The position numbers were made by a program, and so were the translations under genes. This document shows positions 8,496-16,127 of a stretch of 17,991 bases of DNA, piece by piece. The notes beneath the pieces are model-generated. The model was given only the letters and a program-made list of their open reading frames with translations, did not search any database and had not been told where the DNA came from. Origin of the DNA: Fidelibacterota bacterium (GTDB lineage: Bacteria; Fidelibacterota; Marinisomatia; Marinisomatales; TCS56). Each line of letters starts with the position of its first letter. Positions within the stretch are counted from its first letter, which is position 1. The DNA lies in NCBI GenBank assembly GCA_043822705.1, contig JBDRBK010000164.1, forward strand, positions 1 to 17,991. The letters are read 5' to 3'.

Positions 8496-9834
8496 TACCA
8501 CGCCGGAAAAAATTGCAGCAGACATAAAATACTCCTTTTACACCCCTGGTTCGCTTCGACGGAAAAATATCTGGCTGATTAAACTGCGCTGGATTTCCAT
8601 CGGCGCCGCCTTGGTTTACGCCCTTCTGGCTAAAAGCTTATTACCCGAGGTCATCCCCTTGGGTAATTTGTTTTGTGTTATCACCGCCCTGGCGGCCACT
8701 AATTTCCTCTACTTCCGATATACCAGCACCAGACCGCCGACCAGTTTAGGTCTGGAAGAACGACTTGTACTGTTACAAATCATACTGGACTTGATACTGC
8801 TAACATTTATAATTCATTATTCCGGCGGATTGGAAAACCCCTTCTATTTCTTTTACATATTTCATATCATCATTTCGGCTACGATTTTCGACGAGCCCAA
8901 ACAGCCCTTCATGATGGCCGGCGTGGCTGTGATATTGTTTTCATGCCTTGCGATATTGGAGTACACCGGCCTGGTGCATCATTACCAGATCAGCCAGAAC
9001 ACGTACACCCTGATCCATACATTACTAGCCCTGATGGGCTTTTATGTCACGATTTTTGTCAGTTCCTACATTGGCGTCACACTAATGAACCGCCATCGTA
9101 AGGTTAAAAATCTGATTTTCGCCCAGAATGAACAATTGGAAAAAGCCGCCGCCGAAAAAATGCAGTTTTTCCGCTTTGTATCCCATGAATTGAAATCGCC
9201 GATTGTGGCGGTGCAGAGTTCGATCAATGTCGTGCTGGATGTGGTCAATGCCGATATGCCACCTAAAGCCCGCGATATGCTGGATCGCGCCCGGATTCGC
9301 AGCAGCCAGATGTTGGATATTTTAAAGGATCTGGTTGACCTCAGTTACGACCGCCCTACTTCCGTCGACCAGAAAGAATTAGTAAATCCCTGTGATTATC
9401 TGAGCCAATTCATTGAAAACGAACGACCGCGGGCCGACGAGAAGAATATCCGTATTATCCAGGATATCTGTGCCAACCACGGCGATTTACGAGTCGACCG
9501 GTTCATTCTGGAAAAGATTTTTTCCAACCTGCTCTCCAATGCTATCCGGTATACACCCCCGGATGGGACAGTAACAATTTCAACTACTGTGAATAAAAAT
9601 TTCTGGTCGTTTGACATTACCGACACTGGAATCGGGATGACCAAAGTCGATCAGAAACGGGTATTCGAGGAATTTTACCGGGCGGATAACGCCAAGAAAT
9701 TCGCCTCGGTTGGAACCGGATTAGGGTTAAATATCGTAAAAAAACTGGTTGACCAATTGGGTGGAATAATTAAATTAAAAAGTAAATTGAACGAAGGGAC
9801 AACCGTTACCGTAAGGATACCGCTGCATGTATAA
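8488..9834 (+). CDS. Membrane-bound sensor histidine kinase with a RegB/PrrB-like 6-TM sensor domain
   Basis: Six hydrophobic segments, with LIKLRW and SGGLENPF motifs. H-box SHELKSP, N-box NLLSNAIRYT, G1 DTGIG, F-box FEEFYR, G2 GTGLGL. The start is probably TTG 8488 (AAGGA upstream, overlapping the receiver stop) rather than 8380. Confidence 0.9.
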   Translation: MASTTPEKIAADIKYSFYTPGSLRRKNIWLIKLRWISIGAALVYALLAKSLLPEVIPLGNLFCVITALAATNFLYFRYTSTRPPTSLGLEERLVLLQIILDLILLTFIIHYSGGLENPFYFFYIFHIIISATIFDEPKQPFMMAGVAVILFSCLAILEYTGLVHHYQISQNTYTLIHTLLALMGFYVTIFVSSYIGVTLMNRHRKVKNLIFAQNEQLEKAAAEKMQFFRFVSHELKSPIVAVQSSINVVLDVVNADMPPKARDMLDRARIRSSQMLDILKDLVDLSYDRPTSVDQKELVNPCDYLSQFIENERPRADEKNIRIIQDICANHGDLRVDRFILEKIFSNLLSNAIRYTPPDGTVTISTTVNKNFWSFDITDTGIGMTKVDQKRVFEEFYRADNAKKFASVGTGLGLNIVKKLVDQLGGIIKLKSKLNEGTTVTVRIPLHV

Positions 9835-10300
9835 AATTCCTGTTGGCGGAATATTGCAATTAAGAGGTCTGACCATGATGGAAGTTCTGGGATTGCCAAA
9901 CCGGCCGGGTTATGCCGGTAAAATTCTGACTTTGCTGGGAGATGCCGAAATAAACCTTCATTTCATCGCCGAGTGTGAAGACTCGCGTGGTCTGGCCAAT
10001 ATCGCCATCTGTATTGATCCCGAACGTGAACAGGAGGCAGCAAACATTATTCATCTGTATGAAAAAACCGATGATTCAGTGACAATCATAAGACGTCCGC
10101 ATGTATCGGTTATCACTGTATACGGCCCTCACTTTCGCGAGAAACCGGCGATTTGCGGCAATATGTGCGCCGCACTCGGGGAGAAAGATATTAATATTCT
10201 GGGCATATCCACGTCAATCTCGTCCGTTTGCAGTGTCGTGGCAGATCAGGATTTCGAACAAGCGTACGAAGGATTACTGACGGTTTTCAGCCTGCCCTGA
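9827..10300 (+). CDS. Stand-alone tandem ACT-domain protein (aspartokinase regulatory-domain-like)
   Basis: Two ACT-like repeats: GLPNRPGYAGKILTLLGDAEINLHFI and GPHFREKPAICGNMCAALGEKDINILGISTS. No kinase domain. Overlaps the histidine kinase stop by 8 nt. Confidence 0.82.
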   Translation: MYKIPVGGILQLRGLTMMEVLGLPNRPGYAGKILTLLGDAEINLHFIAECEDSRGLANIAICIDPEREQEAANIIHLYEKTDDSVTIIRRPHVSVITVYGPHFREKPAICGNMCAALGEKDINILGISTSISSVCSVVADQDFEQAYEGLLTVFSLP

Positions 10301-10376
10301 TCTGGTTTTTTTGGTAATTCCCGCCTTTTACGCCATCATTTTGGTTTTATGAGAGTTCGGTCCTGGATAATATTTC

Positions 10377-10405
10377 TTGTATTATTAGTCGGCATACTAT
10401 ATACT
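10377..10405 (+). promoter_or_regulatory. Sigma70-type promoter for marR (and probably the hyb operon)
   Basis: TTGTAT(10377-10382)-N17-TATACT(10400-10405). Confidence 0.65.
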
Positions 10406-10433
10406 TAACATACTTAATAGTTAAGTATGTTAA
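10405..10433. promoter_or_regulatory. Putative MarR operator (perfect 13-bp inverted repeat)
   Basis: TTAACATACTTAA-tag-TTAAGTATGTTAA. It abuts the -10 box and covers the predicted transcription start and the marR ATG. Each arm is a TTAA-N5-TTAA box. Confidence 0.75.
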
Positions 10434-11020
10434 CCAAACATCCGAAAATACCGCTCATATCCAGCAATATTCAGTTGTTCGCGGAAATAATGAATGATGT
10501 TTGCACTCAGATTTTTCTTCGTGATGTTTGCCCATCGTCTATATCCAAGACACAGTTGCATATTCTTAAAACATTATTTGTATCCGGTCAAAAATCCGCC
10601 AGTGACCTTTCCGAAATTATGCATATCAGTCGTCCAGCCATTACCCAGCAGGTGGATAAATTGACCAAATTATCGTTGATTGCGCGCCAAATTGATCCTA
10701 GTGATCGGCGGTCGATTAAAATTTCCTTAACTAACAATGGTCAGGAACTCATCGTTTCATACGAAGAGTATGTCCTGGCCCGCCATGCCAACATTCTCAA
10801 TTACTTTACATATGAGGAACGGACGGTTTTTAACCAGTGTCTTGAAAAATTCATCGATTTATGCCTTGACTGTGTTGACAATCTTGATATTCTATGCCTG
10901 AACTGCGAAGGACGCTATATGGAATTTTGCAAAATTAACGCGCATAAATATTATTGTCATCTTGATTACAAGCAACAGCAAAAGAAACAATCGGTTTCCA
11001 ATGCAACGAAAGACGATTAA
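10427..11020 (+). CDS. MarR-family transcriptional regulator with a Cys-rich C-terminal extension
   Basis: Winged-HTH signature SASDLSEIMHISRPAITQQVDKL...DPSDRRSIKISLTNNG. The tail has the pattern C-x7-C-x2-C-x7-C-x2-C-x7-C-x8-C-H. Confidence 0.9.
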   Translation: MLTKHPKIPLISSNIQLFAEIMNDVCTQIFLRDVCPSSISKTQLHILKTLFVSGQKSASDLSEIMHISRPAITQQVDKLTKLSLIARQIDPSDRRSIKISLTNNGQELIVSYEEYVLARHANILNYFTYEERTVFNQCLEKFIDLCLDCVDNLDILCLNCEGRYMEFCKINAHKYYCHLDYKQQQKKQSVSNATKDD

Positions 11021-11112
11021 CCTGAATTTATACTGAAATCCGGATTAGGGGGCCTGCTTATCAAGATATTCGAGGGGAAACAAGTAACGCAATAACAATA
11101 AGGAGAATCGTA

Positions 11113-12270
11113 ATGCCCAAGCGACACCCATCTGCTCCCGATTCTGATCTGGCACGATACCATTCCGCTGAATTGGAACTTTCCGGTGTCTCGCGTCGAG
11201 ACTTCGTCAAATTCTGCACCACCATGACGGCCGCCATGGGACTGCCTTTCAGTCTGGCCGCGCAGGTAGCCAAAACAATTACCGACCCAGCCCGCCTGCC
11301 GATTATCTGGTTGCATTTTCAGGAGTGCACAGGGTGCACTGAAACATTACTGCGGGCGACGCATCCCAAGGTCGAAGATCTGGTTCTGAACATGATTTCG
11401 CTGGATTATTCGGAAACACTGATGGTGGGTGCCGGTCACCAGGCCGAGGCCGCCCGCGATGCATCGATTGCCGCCAATAAGGGCAAATTCATCCTGGTTG
11501 TCGAAGGCTCAATCCCGATCAAGGATGGTGGCGTTTATTGTAAAGTCGGCGGACGCACTGCATTGGATATTGTTAAAGAAATCGCTCCCCAGGCCGCGGC
11601 GGCTGTGGCGATCGGTTCCTGTGCCTCCTGGGGCGGGGTCCAGTCTTCCGGCCCCAATCCGACCGGCGCCGTCGGTCTCCATGAAGTGATCTCGGATATC
11701 CCGATAATCAACATCCCCGGCTGCCCCGCCAGCCCCTATAATTTGCTATCGACTGTTCTATATTTTCTGACCCTGAAAAAGCTGCCGGAACTGGATAAGC
11801 TGGGCCGGCCCAAATTCGCTTATGGCCGACTGATTCATGAGCACTGTGAGCGTCGTCCGCATTTCGATGCGGGACGATTCGCCGGCCAGCTCGGCGATGA
11901 GAATCACCGCCAGGGATACTGTCTCTACAAACTGGGCTGCAAAGGGCCCGAAACTCATGCTAATTGTCCTTCTATTCATTTTGGCAATACCGGCAGTTGG
12001 CCGGTCGGTGGCGGTCACCCCTGTTTCGGCTGTACGGAAAAAGGAGTCGGTTTCACAAAACCAGCTTTTGAACAGGCCAGCGTGCTGTCGGTGACGCCAC
12101 CAGAGATTTTCCCCGGAATCGTCGATGATAAAAAAGGTGGAATCACCCCCGGTGCCGCTGCCGTAGCCGGCGTGCTGGCCGGTGCCGCCCTGGGCGCCGG
12201 AGCCATGATGACTAAAAACCTGAGCCAATCCGATCAGGATGCCGGAACCGGCGACAACCAGCGTGCTTAG
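11113..12270 (+). CDS. hybO: Hyb-type (hydrogenase-2-like) [NiFe]-hydrogenase small subunit
   Basis: SD AAGGAG and Tat motif SRRDFVK. Cluster motifs ECTGC, GSCASWGG, IPGCP, HEHC..CLYKLGCKGP and NCP..HPCFGC. C-terminal TM anchor. Confidence 0.95.
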   Translation: MPKRHPSAPDSDLARYHSAELELSGVSRRDFVKFCTTMTAAMGLPFSLAAQVAKTITDPARLPIIWLHFQECTGCTETLLRATHPKVEDLVLNMISLDYSETLMVGAGHQAEAARDASIAANKGKFILVVEGSIPIKDGGVYCKVGGRTALDIVKEIAPQAAAAVAIGSCASWGGVQSSGPNPTGAVGLHEVISDIPIINIPGCPASPYNLLSTVLYFLTLKKLPELDKLGRPKFAYGRLIHEHCERRPHFDAGRFAGQLGDENHRQGYCLYKLGCKGPETHANCPSIHFGNTGSWPVGGGHPCFGCTEKGVGFTKPAFEQASVLSVTPPEIFPGIVDDKKGGITPGAAAVAGVLAGAALGAGAMMTKNLSQSDQDAGTGDNQRA

Positions 12271-12279
12271 GAGGTATCC

Positions 12280-13275
12280 ATGAACATCGAACGTCGTGGA
12301 TTTTTCAAAGTATTGTCCGCCGGAGCACTGGCTGCCGGCAGCATGAGTACGGCTCTGGCGAGGACCGTAAAAACCCTGCCACCTAATGCCGTCGGTATTC
12401 TTTACGATGCCACCCTGTGCATCGGCTGCAAGGCCTGCGAGGCAGGATGCAAAAAGGCCAACAACATGCCGGCCGATCACTCTGACCTGGAAACCCAGGC
12501 CGGCGTTGGCCCGATCTGGGACTCCGGCACCGATCTAAATTCCAGGACACTGAACAAGATCAAAGCCTACCGGCATGGCAGCGGAACCATCAAAAACGCG
12601 GCCAATGACGGATACTCCTTCGTGAAACGAGCCTGTATGCATTGCATTGATCCGGATTGTGTGTCGGCCTGCCCGGTCAGCGCTCTAAATAAAGACGCCG
12701 ATACCGGGATCGTGACATACAATAAAAAGGCTTGTATCGGCTGCCGCTATTGTCAGGTGGCCTGTCCCTATAACATCCCCAAATTCGAATTCGACAAAGC
12801 CTTCCCGGAAATCGTTAAATGCGAAATGTGTTCGCATCTGCTGGCTGAAGGTGGTTTGCCCGGCTGCTGTCAGAGTTGCCCGACGGGTGCATCGCTGTTC
12901 GGACGAGTGGAGGACCTGCTGGATGAGGCCCGACGGCGACTGGCGCTGCAACCGGGCACAGACTATGCCTACCCGATCACCTCCCTGACCGGCGGCGAAA
13001 GTCAGGTACGCCCGGCGGCCCGCTACGTGGATTATATCTATGGCGAATATGAGTCCGGCGGAACGCAATACCTGCTGCTGTCAGCAGTGCCATTTGACAA
13101 GCTGGGCCTGCCGCAACTGCCCCGGGACGCTGCTGCGGTGGCTTCCGAAACGCTGCAACATACAATCTACAAGGGTCTGATCGCCCCGGTGGCACTGTTA
13201 GGCGGGCTGTTGTATACGGCTTACCGGTCCACCGCGACTCACCAGACAGCCACGGAAGGAGGCGATCATGAGTGA
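12280..13275 (+). CDS. hybA: HybA periplasmic 4x[4Fe-4S] electron-transfer subunit
   Basis: SD GGAGG and Tat motif ERRGFFK. Motifs CIGCKACEAGC, CMHCIDPDCVSACP, CIGCRYCQVACP, CEMC..CCQSCP, YGEYESGGTQ, and SETLQHTIYKG followed by a C-terminal TM helix. Confidence 0.94.
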   Translation: MNIERRGFFKVLSAGALAAGSMSTALARTVKTLPPNAVGILYDATLCIGCKACEAGCKKANNMPADHSDLETQAGVGPIWDSGTDLNSRTLNKIKAYRHGSGTIKNAANDGYSFVKRACMHCIDPDCVSACPVSALNKDADTGIVTYNKKACIGCRYCQVACPYNIPKFEFDKAFPEIVKCEMCSHLLAEGGLPGCCQSCPTGASLFGRVEDLLDEARRRLALQPGTDYAYPITSLTGGESQVRPAARYVDYIYGEYESGGTQYLLLSAVPFDKLGLPQLPRDAAAVASETLQHTIYKGLIAPVALLGGLLYTAYRSTATHQTATEGGDHE

Positions 13276-14404
13276 ATATAAACCGGTCGGCGGGAAACTG
13301 CTGACCAAGCCCTTCCTGTTTCTCCTGGGGCTGGCAGTGATTGCCGGCTTCATCCTGATTCGCCGCTTCCTGTTCGGGCTGGGCGCCGTGACCAACCTGT
13401 CGGACGGATATCCCTGGGGCCTGTGGATCGTCTATGATGTACTGACCGGTACCGCGATCGCCTGCGGCGGTTACGCCATGGCCCTGGTAGTCTATGTGTT
13501 TAACCGCGGCCACTACCATCCGCTGATACGACCGGCAATCATGACCAGCATGTTCGGGTATACACTGGCGGCGGCATCGATCGTGATCGACGTGGGCCGC
13601 TACTGGCAACTCTATAACGTGTTCCTGCCCTGGCATGTCAACCTGAATTCGATCATGTTCGAAATCGCCTTCTGCGTCGCCAGCTATGTGGTCGTTCTGT
13701 GGATCGAGTTCTCCCCCACCTTCCTGGAAAAGTGGCGGCTGGCGCGGGGACAGAAAATCGCCGACCGCATCCTGTTCGTGTTCATCGCCCTGGGTGTACT
13801 GCTACCGACGATGCACCAATCATCGCTGGGAACACTGATGATCATCGCCGGGGACAAGCTGTCGCCGCTGTGGCAATCGAGTTGGCTGCCGGTGACCTAC
13901 CTGATATCGGCCATCGCCATGGGCTATGGGATGGTGATCCTGGAATCGCTGTTTGCTTCGGTGGGACTCAAACGTCCGCTGGAAACCGGGATACTGACCC
14001 GCCTGGCGCGCTTCATGCCGGCCCTGCTGGGGCTGTACCTGTTCATCCGTTACTGCGATCTGATCAGCCGCGGCGCCTTGGGTCTGGCTTTTGCCGGCGA
14101 CTTCCGTAGTTTCATGTTTCTGCTGGAAACGCTGCTGTTCGCCTTCCCGGTGATATTCCTGTCGATACCAAAATACCGGACACGAAATTCCTGGTTGCTG
14201 CTGACCGGGATTGCGATTGTCCTGGCCGGCGCCCTGTATCGTTTCAATGCCTATGTGATCGGCTTCGACCCCGGTCCGGGTTGGCATTATTTCCCATCGG
14301 TGGGAGAATTGCTGGTAACCGTCGGAATCATCGCGGTGGAGATTATGGCATACCTGATATTCGTGAAACGACTGCCGGTACTGCCCAAACTGGAACACGC
14401 CTAA
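13268..14404 (+). CDS. hybB: HybB NrfD/PsrC-family integral membrane quinone-reactive subunit
   Basis: Motifs GLGAVTNLSDGYPWGLWI, DVGRYW and LPTMHQSSLG. About 10 TM segments. SD GAAGGAGG. Confidence 0.93.
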   Translation: MSEYKPVGGKLLTKPFLFLLGLAVIAGFILIRRFLFGLGAVTNLSDGYPWGLWIVYDVLTGTAIACGGYAMALVVYVFNRGHYHPLIRPAIMTSMFGYTLAAASIVIDVGRYWQLYNVFLPWHVNLNSIMFEIAFCVASYVVVLWIEFSPTFLEKWRLARGQKIADRILFVFIALGVLLPTMHQSSLGTLMIIAGDKLSPLWQSSWLPVTYLISAIAMGYGMVILESLFASVGLKRPLETGILTRLARFMPALLGLYLFIRYCDLISRGALGLAFAGDFRSFMFLLETLLFAFPVIFLSIPKYRTRNSWLLLTGIAIVLAGALYRFNAYVIGFDPGPGWHYFPSVGELLVTVGIIAVEIMAYLIFVKRLPVLPKLEHA

Positions 14405-14426
14405 CTTTAATCAGGAGAAAATTTTT

Positions 14427-16127
14427 ATGGCTAGAACAATTACCGTTGACCCGGTGACACGCATCGAGGGTCATCTGCGCATTGATTGTGATATTGACAA
14501 TGGTCACGTGACAAAAGCCTGGGCCTCCGGGCAAATGTGGCGGGGAATCGAAACTATCCTGCAGGGCCGCGATCCCCGGGACGCCTGGTTATACACGCAA
14601 CGTTTCTGTGGCGTCTGCACCACCGTTCATGCGATCGCTTCGGTGCGGGCGGTGGAGAATGCCCTGGATTTGGAAATCCCGGTCAATGCCCAGTATATCC
14701 GTAACATGATCATCGCCGCCCACGGCATCCACGATCATATCGTCCATTTCTACCACCTGTCAGCCCTGGATTGGGTCGACGTGGTTTCGGCCCTGTCGGC
14801 CGACCCGGTGGCCGCCTCCAAACTGGCCCAGAGCCTCTCGCCCTGGCCCAACAACGGCGTGCAGGAATTCAAGACGGTACAGGCCAAATTGACCGGTTTC
14901 GTCCAATCCGGGCAACTGGGCATTTTCGCCAACGGCTACTGGGGTCATCCGGCCATGAAGCTGCCACCGGAAGTGAACCTGATCGCGGCAGCCCATTATC
15001 TGGAGGCCTTCGAATACCAGCGCAAAGCCAACCAGATCGTATCGATCCTGGGCAACAAGACGCCCCATATTCAGAACCTGGCGGTGGGCGGCGTTTCCAA
15101 CGCCATCAATCCCGATAATCAGGCCGCCATCAATATGGAACGGCTGGCTTACGTCAAGACGCTGATGGACGAGGTGGAAAGCTTCGTCCGCAACGTCTAT
15201 CTGGTGGATCTGGCGGCCGTCGGCGCGCTCTATGCGGAATGGCTGCCCTATGGCGCCGGTGTCACGAATTACCTGAGCGTCCCAGACTTCCCCATGGATC
15301 GGAAAGGCACCCAATTCGGCACGCCCGGCGGTTACATTCCGGCGGCCGATATCGCTAAATTCCGCGCCATCACCAGTTTTAACGATTCCTATTTCGAAGA
15401 TAATGTCAAGGAAAGCATCAAACATGCCTGGTACCAGGGCGACTGGAACCGCCACCCCTACAAGGAAGACACCCTGCCCAACTACACCGACTTCAACCGG
15501 GATGGAAAATATTCCTGGGTGAAAGCGCCCAGTTTCCTGGATCAGCCGGCTCAAGTTGGTCCGCTGGCCAACGTGCTGGGGATGTACGCCGCCGGTCACA
15601 AACCGACCCAGACCTACGCCAACCTGGCATTGGAGAAGATCAGCGCCATCGCCAAGACCCAGGTGGGTCTGGGCGCCCTGCACTCCACCCTCGGCCGCCA
15701 TGCCGCCCGCTGCATCCGCGCCAACGTACTCTACGACGTGCTTCAGGATAACTATAATGCCCTGGTCGCCAGTATCGCCAGCGGCGATGTCGAGACTTTC
15801 AATCCGCCGGTATTTCCGAAAGGTGAAATAACCGGTTTCGGCTTCCACGAGGCGCCCCGCGGGACCCTGTCGCACTGGGTGGTGATCGAAAACGGCAAGA
15901 TTAAAAATTACCAGGCGGTGGTCCCCTCCACCTGGAACGCCGGTCCGCGTAACCAGGACGATCTGGCCGGCCCCTACGAGGCTTCCCTGGTAGGCAATCC
16001 GATCGCCGATCCGGAACAGCCCCTGGAGGTGCTGCGGACGATCCATTCCTTCGATCCCTGCCTGGCCTGCGCCATTCACCTCCATAATAACGGCCGGGAA
16101 AACAGCGTACGTGTCAGTACCTGGTAA
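14427..16127 (+). CDS. hybC: Hyb-type [NiFe]-hydrogenase large subunit
   Basis: DPVTRIEGHLRI, L1 motif QRFCGVCTTVH, HFYHLSALDW, EAPRG, VVPSTWN, and L2 motif HSFDPCLACAIH followed by a 15-aa tail. SD AGGAG. Confidence 0.96.
   Translation: MARTITVDPVTRIEGHLRIDCDIDNGHVTKAWASGQMWRGIETILQGRDPRDAWLYTQRFCGVCTTVHAIASVRAVENALDLEIPVNAQYIRNMIIAAHGIHDHIVHFYHLSALDWVDVVSALSADPVAASKLAQSLSPWPNNGVQEFKTVQAKLTGFVQSGQLGIFANGYWGHPAMKLPPEVNLIAAAHYLEAFEYQRKANQIVSILGNKTPHIQNLAVGGVSNAINPDNQAAINMERLAYVKTLMDEVESFVRNVYLVDLAAVGALYAEWLPYGAGVTNYLSVPDFPMDRKGTQFGTPGGYIPAADIAKFRAITSFNDSYFEDNVKESIKHAWYQGDWNRHPYKEDTLPNYTDFNRDGKYSWVKAPSFLDQPAQVGPLANVLGMYAAGHKPTQTYANLALEKISAIAKTQVGLGALHSTLGRHAARCIRANVLYDVLQDNYNALVASIASGDVETFNPPVFPKGEITGFGFHEAPRGTLSHWVVIENGKIKNYQAVVPSTWNAGPRNQDDLAGPYEASLVGNPIADPEQPLEVLRTIHSFDPCLACAIHLHNNGRENSVRVSTW

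Noticed and set aside
10242..10312. Terminator after the ACT gene (CAGATCAGG/CCTGATCTG followed by a T-run)
   Set aside because: The 45-nt loop is too long for an intrinsic terminator and the pairing may be chance.
6287..16127. Selenocysteine ([NiFeSe]) or O2-tolerant hydrogenase signatures
   Set aside because: Both L2 motifs use ordinary Cys codons and there is no in-frame TGA. HybO has ECTGC, not the CTCC supernumerary-Cys pattern of O2-tolerant enzymes.
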